DNA from: a virus
Virus record (IMG/VR): IMGVR_UViG_3300021406_000012
Location: 1-64,000 of that record
DNA length: 64,000 bases
Strand: one strand, 5' to 3'
The translations under genes were made by a program, and so were the position numbers. A model generated the notes under the pieces. It saw nothing but the letters and a program-made list of their open reading frames with translations, searched no databases and was not told the origin of the DNA. The stretch's first letter is position 1; every line of letters starts with the position of its first letter. Below, one piece after another: positions 45,713 through 55,934 of the stretch.

Positions 45713-48700
45713 ATGGGCTCGAAGGGCGGCACCACTCAGCAGACATCGACGCAATCCTCGTCGGGTCCCCCGCCCCAGGTCCTGGCCGAGTATCAAGGTC
45801 TCGTCGACCGCGCGACCAACGTCGCGAACCAACCCTATCAGCCCTACCAGGGCGAACAGGTCGCCCCGCTGGCGTCCCAAACGCTTCAGGGGCTTGGCCA
45901 GATCGGGCAGTACGCCAACGCGGCCCAACTTCCCTTATTTGGAGCGAGCGCGGGCACCTCCCAGGCAATGCAATCGGCGACGGACGAAGCTCTGGGCTCG
46001 GCTGGCGCAGCATCGGGCATGACTGGGAATGTGGCGAACGCGGCCATGGGCATGACCGAAGCCGCCGCCGCGCCCGTCAACGCGCAGCAATTCCAGGGCC
46101 AAAGTTCGCTCCAGCCTTTTATGAACCCGTACACGTCCGATGTTGTCCAGGCGACCCAGAACGAGTTCAATAATCAGAACCAACAGCAGGCACAGTTTCT
46201 CAACAGCGCGAACATAAGTTCAGGCGCGTTCGGCGGCGACAGGGCGGGCGTCAGCCAAGGGATTCTGGCCAATCAGCAGCAGCTCGCCGAAGCGCCGACG
46301 ATCGCCGGCTTGAACCAAGCCAACTTCACCCAGGCCATGCAGGACTGGCAGCAGCAGCAAGGGGTGAACCTCGGGGCAGCGCAAGCGAATCGCAGCGCCT
46401 TGATGGGCGCCGCGAACCAGTACGGAAACCTCGGCCTGACTGCCGCCAACCAGATTGGGAACCTCGGCCTAAACGCCGCGCAAGAAGTCGGGAATGTCGG
46501 CCTAGCCGGGTCGAACCAGATGGGGCAGATCGGCCTGTCTGAGCAGCAAGCAGGGCTCCAGGGCGGCCAAGCGCAGATCCAAGCCGGCACGATCCCGCAG
46601 ACCGAACAGCAGGCGATCGATACCGCCGCCCAGAACATGTACCAGACTGGGCAATCCTATCCGTTCACCACCACCGGGTGGCTCGGCAACATCATCGAGG
46701 GAACCGGGAGCCTCTCCGGCGGCCAGGGCTCAAGCACCACGACCTCTCCTGGGCCGAACGCGATCACTCAGGGGCTCGGCGCGGCCACGCAAGGCGTTGG
46801 GCTCCTGGGCAGCATAATGTCGCTCTCCGACGAGCGCGCGAAGGAGAACATCGAGCCGATCGGCGAGACCTACGACAATCAGAAAATCTACAGGTACAAC
46901 TTCAAGGGTGACCCGCGCACCCAGATCGGCTTGCTGGCGCAGGAAGAGGCGTATCACCATCCAGGCACCGTCCAGCGGATCGGCATGGGCGATCTGCTTG
47001 GCATCGACTACGGCGGCGCGACCGAAGACGCGGCCGATCGCGGTCACTTTGCCTCTGGCGGCGCGCCGCCGGCGAGCATGGCGGGGCTGGGCGCCATGGG
47101 CGGGATGGGCGGCGGCGGCGCGATGTCTCCGGGCTCGGACCTCATGTTTAGCGGCGATCCTGGCGCGCGGATGGGCATGGGCACGTTCGCTCTCATGGGC
47201 GGCTCCAATGTCCGTCCGGAACCGACTACGGCCATGTCGCGTCCGCCTGGGTGGGAGCCTCCATATCAGCCTGCGCCGCAGGCGCCTCCGCCGCAGCAGA
47301 ATTTGCCACAGTCTTCGTTTCGCCAGTTGCCGCAGTATGGTCTTGGCGGAGGCGAGACCCGCCCGAGCTTCCAAGGCGGCGGCACGGCCATCACTACCCC
47401 AGAGGAAGCCATTCCGATCGGCACAAGCGGCCAATCCAGCTACACCCAAGGCTGGCAGCCGGGGGATCTCCTGAACCCTGCCGCTGGTGTATCCGAGGCG
47501 CTGTTCGGCGAGGCGACGGCAGGGTCGAAGACCCCCTACTACGGGCTCGACCTTGACCAGCTGAACGCGATCGGCGGCGGGCAATGGATGCCGCCGGACA
47601 CCAACGCGCCGCAGCCGGACTATGGGAACCTCCAGAACTCGCCGCAGTTCGGCGCGGCCGAGAAGTCGCTTTCGGGCCTGTTCGGCCCCGGCTACACGCC
47701 GGGATCGACCGGCGCTCCGCCTGCGACATCTCCGGTGGCCGCCGCCGCCGCCAAGCCCGCCGCGCAACAGCAACCAGCGGGGCATTGGCAATCAGTTGGC
47801 GGGACGACCACTGGCGGCGCAGCCGGGGGCGAAAACCTGGGCATGGGCGCTCAGATCGGAAACGTCTTTCAAAATGAATGGGTGCCCGACCCGGCCGTGT
47901 CGACCGTAGCGGCCACCGCCGCGCCGGGGCTCGCGACGGGAAAAGCAGACGGCGGAGGAGTGAGCATGAGATCCGGCTTCCAGCGCGGCGGCTTCCCGCA
48001 ATTCACCACCTACCAGCCGACCGCGAACCCGGCGCGCACCCCGCCGACCTATACCGCGCTCGATCTCTCGCACATGTTCGGCGGCGGGCAGCAGCCGCAG
48101 CAAGCGCCGCGCGCCATCCAGATCCAGCGCCAACTCGGGCAGGCGCGCGCCCAGGCGGCGGCCCAGCGTGGCATCGTGCGGCCTCGCGTCATCGCCCCGG
48201 ACCCGGTGACCGGCCAGCATCACGACATCACCCCGCCCGACCATCCTTCGACCGCGCGCTATCCCGGCTGGCCGACTCCTGGCCCAGGCGGGTCGAGCGC
48301 CGCGCCGCAAGGGGGGCCGATGCCGATGGTCCGTTCGCCGCCACTCCAACAGCCCGGTGCGCCCGGACAGGGGTTCGCATCGCGCGGCCCTGGCATGGGC
48401 TATCCGGCCAGGGGCGTCGTCCCGGCCGAGGCGCAAGGAACACCTGAAGCGGGGACGCTGACGAATGCGGCGTTCCGTTACCCCATGCCGAAGGTGACGG
48501 TGCCGACGACATCCGCGCCTCTTACTCAGGGCGGGCGCGGCATGACGACGGTCGCGCCGCCGCTTGAGGGCACGCAGGAATGGAACAAGCCTTCGGCCGA
48601 GGTCGAGAGCCCCCGCGAGAGCGCCGAATTTTCAGAGGCGGGGCGACCGCTGATGGCGCCCAGGCTCATTGGCGCCGATCCTGGCGGGCAGCACACTTTG

Positions 48701-51700
48701 CTAGGGCCGCACTCGATGCAGGCGCTCCCGCCGCCGTCCGGCGACGAAGCGCCCATGCACAGTGGCTGGGACGTCGACCTCCCGGGCGTCTTCCGAGGCG
48801 GTGGCCAAGGGATCGCCGCCGAGGCGCGCGGCGGGCGGGTTCCTCGCTACTACGGAGGCCGGATCGGCCGCGATGACGGCGGCTCGATCCCGATCGGCGG
48901 TGGCGCGGGCAACGTCATGGAGGCACCCACTGGCACCCCTGCCTCGCCCGATCTCAGCGATGTCGATTGGAACTCGATCTTCGGCGGGGACCCAGGCCAG
49001 GGAGCGGTTAGGACGCCGGACTTCTCCGCGCTTCCCGATGATATTTTCAACCTCGGCGGCGGCTCTCCGCAGCGCGCCCAGATCGATCCGCGTGCTGTCG
49101 CCCAAGCGCCTAGCTTCCAGGGCGCAGGCGGTGGCGGAGGCGGCGGCCCTCACTTTACCCAGGTCTCCAACATGGGCGGGCCGCCGATCTCCGCGCTCGA
49201 TCTCTCGGGCCACTACACGCCGACCACCGGCAACGCGCGCGGCGCAACCTATGTCCCGGGGGCCGGCGGCGGAGCTGGCGCAGGCATCAGCCCGAACGCG
49301 CGCGCTCAAGCGCCGGAGCACCCGGCGATCAAGGTGGCTCGGCACATCTACGCGGCGGGCCATGCGGCGGGAAGGGCGGCGGCGCCGTCCAAAGTCGACC
49401 CGAACATGGGGCCGATTTGGAGAGCGTCCGACACATCCTATGGGCCGCAGCTCCCCAGCGAATATGACGAGTACGGCTACGGCATTGGAGTGAAGCCTTC
49501 TCACGGCGGGGCATCGGGCAGCTTCCAGGGCGGCGGCGGCGTCATGGGCTCCTCGCCCGTCATGAACGCGGGCGCCTACACCCCGCAGGGCGAGGGCGTG
49601 ACAGGCCAGACCTCGCAGGGTCGAGGCATGGGCTTCGGAGATCTGTTCGGCGGCGGCGACCGCGCTGGCTTCCAAACCGGCGGAGAGGCCGGGGTCGATC
49701 CGTTCCTGGCGGCGATCGACGCCGCCGTGACGCAGGGGCCGAGAGGACAAGGCCCGCCCCAGGCGCCCCAGGCGCCCAAGCCGCCGGAGCCGCCGGGGCA
49801 GGGGCAGCAACCGGGAGGCGACCTCGGCAAGAACATCCAGAGCCTTACCAGCGGTATCAAAGGCCTCGGCGGCCAATCGCAAGGCGGGGGCGGGGGCGGG
49901 GACGGCTCATCGGGCCTGACCGGCGGCGACCCGAGTGACCTCTCCGGAGGCTGGGGCGACATGGCGGGCACGCCGAACATGGACGACGCCTCGCTCGGTC
50001 TGTCCATGGGCGATGATTTCGGCTTTGCGACGGGAGGTGGCGTGGGGCTTGGCTCCCTGCGCGGTGGCTTTTCCGATGGCGGGACGCCGGACCTCGATGC
50101 GCTCGATGCCGAGGTTGCAGGGGCTCCGCCCCCTGGCCAAGTAGCGGCCGCTCCCGCGACGGGCGCAGGCAAAGGAGGCGGAGGCGGGAACGTCTCTGAC
50201 CTCATCAATCAGAATTTCGGCAATCGAGCGGGATACGCCTCGACGATCTCCTCGCTCGAAAGCGGCATGGGCAAGAACTATGTCGGCGACGGCGGCTCGT
50301 CGTTCGGGCCGTACCAGCTGCATTACGGCGGCGTCAACAAAGCCATGCCGCACCCCGGCCTGGGCGATGAGTTCACCAAAGAGACCGGCCTCGATGCGCG
50401 CGATCCTTCGACCGTGCCGCAACAGATCAAATTCGTTGCGGATTACACCGCCACGCACGGCTGGCACGATTGGTCGACGAAGGCCCAAGCCGACAAGCTA
50501 ACGGGCGGCGCGCCGACTGCGGTGGCCGGAGCTGATGTCCCGTCTGCGGCAGCTCAGCCCGCGAAGGCGAGCACGGAAGCCTACGGCGGCGGCTTCCAGA
50601 TTCCTCCTGGCCTGGGCAGTCCGCCTCCTGGGCAGCTGAACCGGGCCAATCTTCAGGCGCCCACCATGGGCGACGAGATCCGGCACGATCCGTTCGGCTA
50701 CATGATGACGGTTGGCGCGGGGATGATGGCCTCGCGCTCGCCGTGGCTCGGCGTGGGGATCGGCGAAGGCTTCGAGGCCGGGAACAAATACCTCCAGTCG
50801 CAGAAAGAGCTGGAGAAGAGCTGGGGCGAGACGCAGGCGAACATCAACAACATGTCCCAGGAAGCGCGCGACCGTGGTGCGGACGCGGATCTGAAGGCCC
50901 AGCAACTCCAGATCAACGCGATGCAGAACAAGATATACATCGAGATGCTGCGCAACAAGGGTTTGATCGGCGGCGGTGCGGCGCCCACGCCAGCGGCCTC
51001 GCCAGCGCCCACAGGAGGCCCAGGACAGGGTCTCCAGCCTACCCAGCCCCTTCCGGCCCTCGGCGGCGGATCGGGCTCCAGCGCGGCTCCTAGCGGCCCC
51101 AGCGCGCCGTCTGGAGGCGGACCAACTGCGGCGGCTCCTGCTCCTGCCGGCGCACCGTCAGGCGCAGCCTCGGCGGGCAGTGTCCCCGTCCTCAACGACG
51201 ACCCGGCCTATAAGGCGGGCACTGACCTGATCGCGCGTGGCAATCTCCAAAACCTCGCCCATCCGGGGCTCGGCGATGATCTCATCACGCAAGGCAAGGC
51301 CCAGCAGGAAGCCGCGAAAGAAAATTGGCAGAAGCAGGCTGAGATCTCGGCCAAGGGGCAAGAGGCGGTAACGTCGGCGACGACCGAGGCGCAGAAGCCG
51401 GCGCTTCAGGAATACATCACCAACAGGCAGAAGTTCGAGCAGAACTATGACCAGACTCGGAGCGAAATCTCCGAGCTGTCGAACATCTACCAGCACTTCC
51501 AGGCCGGTCGATCAACCGAGGCGCAGGCCGAGCTAGCGAGCTGGGCCAACGCCTTCGGCATCAAGCTGCCGCAAGCGGCTGGCTTCGACGCCGGGATGAA
51601 GTCGGCGATTCAGCAAGCGTTCGCGGCGGTCGCCAACTCGGGACTCCAGAAAGCGCCGCGCGCCGGACTGCGCGAGGCCACGATGATGGTCGCCTCGCCA

Positions 51701-52048
51701 TCGCGCGATCCCGCCGCGCTGCGCAAGATCCTCACCGACCAGCTCGCGACGCTCGATTACAACCATGATCTCTACCAGAGCATCCCGGGCCACAATCTGA
51801 ACGTCGGCGACGACATCGAGGGCTTCACCAAGAAGGCGAAATACGAGGACTATCTTGGCAAGGCGCGGAAGGAGATCCCGATGTTCAAGGGGATCACGCC
51901 CGAGACGCTGAAGACGGCGACCGGCGAGGATTGGCCCGCGCCGGCCCTGCCGAGCGGCCTTCCGGCGGGGACGCGATATAGCCCGTCGCAGCAGAAGTGG
52001 TTCGACCCATCAGGGAGGGCTTACGATCAGAACGGGAAGCCGCTCTAA
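45713..52048 (+). CDS. Giant internal/ejection protein (pilot-like N-terminus, S74-like domain, lysozyme-like domain)
   Basis: MGSKGG, PYQPYQG, MNPY, GAFGG.R; SDERAKENIEPIG...IYRYNFKG...IGLLAQE; ESG.....GDGGSSFGPYQL. Confidence 0.8.
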   Translation: MGSKGGTTQQTSTQSSSGPPPQVLAEYQGLVDRATNVANQPYQPYQGEQVAPLASQTLQGLGQIGQYANAAQLPLFGASAGTSQAMQSATDEALGSAGAASGMTGNVANAAMGMTEAAAAPVNAQQFQGQSSLQPFMNPYTSDVVQATQNEFNNQNQQQAQFLNSANISSGAFGGDRAGVSQGILANQQQLAEAPTIAGLNQANFTQAMQDWQQQQGVNLGAAQANRSALMGAANQYGNLGLTAANQIGNLGLNAAQEVGNVGLAGSNQMGQIGLSEQQAGLQGGQAQIQAGTIPQTEQQAIDTAAQNMYQTGQSYPFTTTGWLGNIIEGTGSLSGGQGSSTTTSPGPNAITQGLGAATQGVGLLGSIMSLSDERAKENIEPIGETYDNQKIYRYNFKGDPRTQIGLLAQEEAYHHPGTVQRIGMGDLLGIDYGGATEDAADRGHFASGGAPPASMAGLGAMGGMGGGGAMSPGSDLMFSGDPGARMGMGTFALMGGSNVRPEPTTAMSRPPGWEPPYQPAPQAPPPQQNLPQSSFRQLPQYGLGGGETRPSFQGGGTAITTPEEAIPIGTSGQSSYTQGWQPGDLLNPAAGVSEALFGEATAGSKTPYYGLDLDQLNAIGGGQWMPPDTNAPQPDYGNLQNSPQFGAAEKSLSGLFGPGYTPGSTGAPPATSPVAAAAAKPAAQQQPAGHWQSVGGTTTGGAAGGENLGMGAQIGNVFQNEWVPDPAVSTVAATAAPGLATGKADGGGVSMRSGFQRGGFPQFTTYQPTANPARTPPTYTALDLSHMFGGGQQPQQAPRAIQIQRQLGQARAQAAAQRGIVRPRVIAPDPVTGQHHDITPPDHPSTARYPGWPTPGPGGSSAAPQGGPMPMVRSPPLQQPGAPGQGFASRGPGMGYPARGVVPAEAQGTPEAGTLTNAAFRYPMPKVTVPTTSAPLTQGGRGMTTVAPPLEGTQEWNKPSAEVESPRESAEFSEAGRPLMAPRLIGADPGGQHTLLGPHSMQALPPPSGDEAPMHSGWDVDLPGVFRGGGQGIAAEARGGRVPRYYGGRIGRDDGGSIPIGGGAGNVMEAPTGTPASPDLSDVDWNSIFGGDPGQGAVRTPDFSALPDDIFNLGGGSPQRAQIDPRAVAQAPSFQGAGGGGGGGPHFTQVSNMGGPPISALDLSGHYTPTTGNARGATYVPGAGGGAGAGISPNARAQAPEHPAIKVARHIYAAGHAAGRAAAPSKVDPNMGPIWRASDTSYGPQLPSEYDEYGYGIGVKPSHGGASGSFQGGGGVMGSSPVMNAGAYTPQGEGVTGQTSQGRGMGFGDLFGGGDRAGFQTGGEAGVDPFLAAIDAAVTQGPRGQGPPQAPQAPKPPEPPGQGQQPGGDLGKNIQSLTSGIKGLGGQSQGGGGGGDGSSGLTGGDPSDLSGGWGDMAGTPNMDDASLGLSMGDDFGFATGGGVGLGSLRGGFSDGGTPDLDALDAEVAGAPPPGQVAAAPATGAGKGGGGGNVSDLINQNFGNRAGYASTISSLESGMGKNYVGDGGSSFGPYQLHYGGVNKAMPHPGLGDEFTKETGLDARDPSTVPQQIKFVADYTATHGWHDWSTKAQADKLTGGAPTAVAGADVPSAAAQPAKASTEAYGGGFQIPPGLGSPPPGQLNRANLQAPTMGDEIRHDPFGYMMTVGAGMMASRSPWLGVGIGEGFEAGNKYLQSQKELEKSWGETQANINNMSQEARDRGADADLKAQQLQINAMQNKIYIEMLRNKGLIGGGAAPTPAASPAPTGGPGQGLQPTQPLPALGGGSGSSAAPSGPSAPSGGGPTAAAPAPAGAPSGAASAGSVPVLNDDPAYKAGTDLIARGNLQNLAHPGLGDDLITQGKAQQEAAKENWQKQAEISAKGQEAVTSATTEAQKPALQEYITNRQKFEQNYDQTRSEISELSNIYQHFQAGRSTEAQAELASWANAFGIKLPQAAGFDAGMKSAIQQAFAAVANSGLQKAPRAGLREATMMVASPSRDPAALRKILTDQLATLDYNHDLYQSIPGHNLNVGDDIEGFTKKAKYEDYLGKARKEIPMFKGITPETLKTATGEDWPAPALPSGLPAGTRYSPSQQKWFDPSGRAYDQNGKPL

Positions 52049-53968
52049 ATGGCCGCGCTCCCCGACGATCTGATCGACCCAGCCCCGCCGCCTGCCGCGA
52101 GTGCGCCTCCTGGGGGTTCGTCGCTCCCTAACGATCTGATTGATCCGGCGGGGTCGGCTCCTACTACTGGGGGCGACGCCGACAGCCGCGCGGGGGCCTT
52201 TGGCTATGGCGTGATCAAGGGCGTCCCTTTCGGATCGCAGATCGCCTCGGCTGGAAACGTCGCCGTCGGGGCGCTCGGCCGCAAGCTAGACGAATGGGGC
52301 CTTCTCAACGAAGACCAGAAGAAAGCTATCGGGGGGCTGCCGCAGGATTATTCCTCGGCAAGCGAGGCGCTGGCCGCAAAGGGCGGACAGGCGGCGGCTG
52401 AGCATCCCTGGCTGGAAGCAGCGGGAACGATGGTCCCTGGAGTCGTCTCTGGGGTTGGCACGTCGGCCAAAGGGGCGGCGCTGCTTGGCGGAACAACTGG
52501 GCTCGGCGAGGGCCTGAACGAAGGCGACAGCCCGCTCACCGTGGCGGGTAAGACGGCCCTTGGCACAGGGCTCGGATATGGGGCCGCCAAGCTCGCCAGC
52601 GCACTGCCGATCGCTGGGGATAAGACCCGCCAAGCCGTCCTCGACGCCGCAAATCGGCTTGGCGTCAAGATGCCGCGCTATTCGGTTTCGACGAGCCCGC
52701 TCATCAAGCGCGCGGGCATGATTGGGCAGAGCGTTCCCGGCATGTCGACGCCGCTTGAACACGCCACCCAGGAATCGACGGAGGGAATGGGCGAGGCCGC
52801 CGCATACTTGGCTGGCCCCGCAACACAGCAAAGCGCTGGCGCGGCAGCGAGCACAGGCCTCAAGAATTGGATCGGCACGACCTCAAAAAACGACCTCGAC
52901 GCCGCTTACAACCGCGTTGCCCAGTCGATGAACCCAAGCACCACAACGCCGCTGTCCGCGACCCGGTCTATCGCCAGTCAGATCTTCCAACGCCGACAAG
53001 CCGCCGGTCTGTCGGGCACGGGAGGTGCTATCGATCACGTCTTGGACGCGCTCCAGCGCCCAGGCGGGCTGACGTACAGCGGCATTAAAGATTTGCGGTC
53101 GAGCGTCGGCGAAATGATGGATCAGAGCATCCTTCCGCAGGGCATGTCGGGGGCTGAGCTGAAGCAAATCTACGGCGGCTTGAGCAGCGACCTTGATAGC
53201 TCAGCGCTCAACGCGGGCGGCCAATCAGGGCTCCAGGAGCACCAAGCCGCGAACGCTCTCGCGAAAAACATCAGTGATCGGCGCGCGCAGCTCACCCAGC
53301 TCCTGGGCGGCCCGAAGGGGGACGCCTCTGATGAAGCGGTGTTCGGGGCGATCCAGCGCGCAGCTGGCTCGAAAAGCTCGGCGGACATCGATCTCTTGCG
53401 GCAGGCGCAGGGAGCCGTCACGCCGCAAAGCTGGAAGGAACTGTCTCAAGGGTTCATTTCGCGCCTCGGGCGCGACGCTGATGGCAATTTTAGCCCGCAG
53501 CGGTTCATCACCGACTACGGGAAAATCTCTGACGCCGCTAAGCCGGTCCTGTTCGGCGGCGGCATGCAACAGCCTCTGGAAGATCTCGCGAACGTGTCGA
53601 GGCAGTGGAAGAGCCTCTACAAATACGCCAATCCATCAGGAACGGCGGGGCACGGCGCCGGAATCGGCATGGCGATCGAGGGCTGGCGCCACCCGCTCAA
53701 AACGCTCGCGGCGTACATGACGGGAGGCGCGCTCGGGAAATTCCTGGCGACCCCTGCGGGCGCTGGAGCTTCCTCAAATTGGGTGCAGGCGGTGGGCTCG
53801 GGAAATCTCAATACGATCCGCAACGCGGCGCAGCGGATCTCTGGGACCGCAGGCGCGCAGCTCGGCGCGCGGATCGATCCGATGGCCCTAGCCGCAGCAG
53901 CGATGACGCGGGAAGAAGAGGGGGAAGGGCACGGCGGTGATGATTCAGGCGGGGCGCAGCCTCAATGA
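52049..53968 (+). CDS. Internal/ejection protein
   Basis: Ala/Gly-rich; FSP.RFITDY, NPSGTA; last gene of virion operon. Confidence 0.75.
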   Translation: MAALPDDLIDPAPPPAASAPPGGSSLPNDLIDPAGSAPTTGGDADSRAGAFGYGVIKGVPFGSQIASAGNVAVGALGRKLDEWGLLNEDQKKAIGGLPQDYSSASEALAAKGGQAAAEHPWLEAAGTMVPGVVSGVGTSAKGAALLGGTTGLGEGLNEGDSPLTVAGKTALGTGLGYGAAKLASALPIAGDKTRQAVLDAANRLGVKMPRYSVSTSPLIKRAGMIGQSVPGMSTPLEHATQESTEGMGEAAAYLAGPATQQSAGAAASTGLKNWIGTTSKNDLDAAYNRVAQSMNPSTTTPLSATRSIASQIFQRRQAAGLSGTGGAIDHVLDALQRPGGLTYSGIKDLRSSVGEMMDQSILPQGMSGAELKQIYGGLSSDLDSSALNAGGQSGLQEHQAANALAKNISDRRAQLTQLLGGPKGDASDEAVFGAIQRAAGSKSSADIDLLRQAQGAVTPQSWKELSQGFISRLGRDADGNFSPQRFITDYGKISDAAKPVLFGGGMQQPLEDLANVSRQWKSLYKYANPSGTAGHGAGIGMAIEGWRHPLKTLAAYMTGGALGKFLATPAGAGASSNWVQAVGSGNLNTIRNAAQRISGTAGAQLGARIDPMALAAAAMTREEEGEGHGGDDSGGAQPQ

Positions 53969-54171
53969 GGGCGGCCGAAGGCCTGACGAATGCGCTCCCG
54001 GCGCTCTTCAATCTCTTCTGGGCGAGGGCGAGAGGAAATGCGCGGCGGCTTAAAGACCGTCGTAGCTGCGCTGGCCGCGCCGAAAACGAGCCATAGGGCG
54101 AGTATCAACCATCCGAGAGGCCCAGCAAATATCGCGATTATGACGAACAAGCCGTCGAAATCATCACTCAT
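53962..54171 (-). CDS. Small membrane protein
   Basis: Hydrophobic N-terminal half; GGAG SD. Confidence 0.6.
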   Translation of the reverse strand: MSDDFDGLFVIIAIFAGPLGWLILALWLVFGAASAATTVFKPPRISSRPRPEEIEERRERIRQAFGRPH

Positions 54172-54274
54172 CGCCCTATCTCCCCGGCTTCTCGTTGGGT
54201 AAGGTGATGATGATCGGCTGCGGAGCGGGTTGATGGGCGTTCAAGAAGGTCACGACCACGCCGCCAATGAATGA

Positions 54275-54526
54275 TCATGCTCGTTCCTCGCCGAGCAAGC
54301 CGGGGATAATCGGCTGCGGCGCCAGTTTGGGCTTAGGCAGCTTCCGCCGGATTTTTGCCTGAACCTGTAGCGCCACCCGCGAGATGGTAAGCTCTCGGCG
54401 TCTGGCGCGAGCAATTTTCGGATATGCTCCCTGCGCGATCAAGGTGTGGTTGATCGGCTTGCCCGCTGCGATGGCGTCAGCCACCATGCGGTTTAACAAT
54501 TCATTTGATGCTGGATCGCGTTGCAT
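54275..54526 (-). CDS. Hypothetical protein
   Basis: ORF divergent from the wHTH gene. Confidence 0.45.
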   Translation of the reverse strand: MQRDPASNELLNRMVADAIAAGKPINHTLIAQGAYPKIARARRRELTISRVALQVQAKIRRKLPKPKLAPQPIIPGLLGEERA

Positions 54527-54598
54527 CGAATCACCATTCACTGCTTCCGCGATCTGCTCTATAATAAATGATCGCTGAATGCAATTGGATAGATATAA

Positions 54599-54865
54599 AT
54601 GGAACGCGGTCAGGGAAAGATTCAAAAGGCTGTCATCGTCGCGCTCGGAGAAGGTCCGAAATCGGTCCGTGAGCTAATGCAGGGCATCTACCACAGTGAT
54701 CTGCACAAGCATGGCGTCGGCATTCGGCAGGCCTTGCGCCAATTGGCCGAAGCAGGAACCGTCAAAGTGAGCGACATCTACGCCAGTGAGGACGGCTCGC
54801 GGTGTTGGGTGCTCGCGGACGCACGGATGCGCAGTCCGCAGCCGCATCTAAGGCAAATCAAATGA
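54599..54865 (+). CDS. Winged-helix DNA-binding protein (paralog 1)
   Basis: GPKSVREL...IRQALRQLAEAG.V...CW. Confidence 0.65.
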   Translation: MERGQGKIQKAVIVALGEGPKSVRELMQGIYHSDLHKHGVGIRQALRQLAEAGTVKVSDIYASEDGSRCWVLADARMRSPQPHLRQIK

Positions 54866-54879
54866 TGATCTGGTGAGGT

Positions 54880-55035
54880 TCAGTGAAGAAGGCCGAGCCA
54901 GTGGAAGAACTCGGCCGACTCGCCGAGGACGGCAAGGGCGACGATCGGAATCCAAAACCCTTTCGGCGGCTGCTGGGCGGGCGGCTTCTCCCTCGACGAG
55001 AAACTGAACGGGTGCGGGAAAATGATGAACCACAT
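54880..55035 (-). CDS. Small membrane protein
   Basis: Same SD/ATG junction as the 54171 gene; hydrophobic. Confidence 0.5.
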   Translation of the reverse strand: MWFIIFPHPFSFSSREKPPAQQPPKGFWIPIVALAVLGESAEFFHWLGLLH

Positions 55036-55039
55036 CGCC

Positions 55040-55468
55040 CTATCTCCCCAGCTTCTCTTTGACGGCGGACTCCAAGCTGGCGAACGCATCGATCAGGATG
55101 TCGAACTTGGCGTCCAGCACGTCCAATTTCGCGCGGAGTTCTTTGCCGCTCAGTACGTCTGGAAACGGCACGCGCGTCGGGCGCGATCGGCGCAAGGCGG
55201 CCATATCGGCGCGCCATGCCTCGCTTTCGTGCGCGCCTTTCTCAAGCTCGGCCACGAGTTCCGGCGGCACGTACATGCGCCGTTCAAGATCGGTCAGGCG
55301 GGCCTCGATGGCGGCCAGACGGGCTTCTTCTGCTTCTATGATCTGGCAGATGAACTCGTTGAGCGCGTCCTGACCATAATCATGAACCAGTTTGGCTACG
55401 ATCGCCCTCGCATCGTTGGCTCCGCCCAAATCGCTTCGCGCCTGGAAAATGTCAGATCGACTGATCAT
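55040..55468 (-). CDS. Coiled-coil hypothetical protein
   Basis: ARLAAIEARLTDLE, LDVLDAKFD. Confidence 0.55.
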   Translation of the reverse strand: MISRSDIFQARSDLGGANDARAIVAKLVHDYGQDALNEFICQIIEAEEARLAAIEARLTDLERRMYVPPELVAELEKGAHESEAWRADMAALRRSRPTRVPFPDVLSGKELRAKLDVLDAKFDILIDAFASLESAVKEKLGR

Positions 55469-55542
55469 TTTTATGCGTCCTTTTAAGCCACGATCTGTGG
55501 CATAACCCCTTGTGGATGAGGACGCAATAGGACGTATAGAAA

Positions 55543-55833
55543 ATGGGGCGTGGACTGGGCGACTACCAACTTAAGGCTCTCGATTGGCTTCGACAGGTGC
55601 CTGACCGGACGCTGCTTGAGATCACCACGGCGGTCTTGGGCAAGTCGGATCTAACGCCTAACGAAGTGCGGACTTTGCGGCGGGCTGTGAGCGCGTTAGA
55701 AAAACGCAAGCTGATTAAACGCAATGGCCTAAATAAACGTGGCCAGGAATGTTGGACGATAACCTCACGCGCGCGACTGCGATCAGCAAAGCCGCTTAGA
55801 CCGGCTCTCTTCACGCCGACTGTCGTCAAATGA
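55543..55833 (+). CDS. Winged-helix DNA-binding protein (paralog 2)
   Basis: MGRGLG..Q, LRRAVSALEKRKLI...CW. Confidence 0.65.
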   Translation: MGRGLGDYQLKALDWLRQVPDRTLLEITTAVLGKSDLTPNEVRTLRRAVSALEKRKLIKRNGLNKRGQECWTITSRARLRSAKPLRPALFTPTVVK

Positions 55834-55934
55834 GGGGATCGGTGACTTCGCGCGTTGACGGTAGCCCGGGCGTCATCGAATCGTGCTACTCGCAAGGCGC
55901 TGAAAGGGAAGAAACCCCCCAAAGGAGAAACGTA

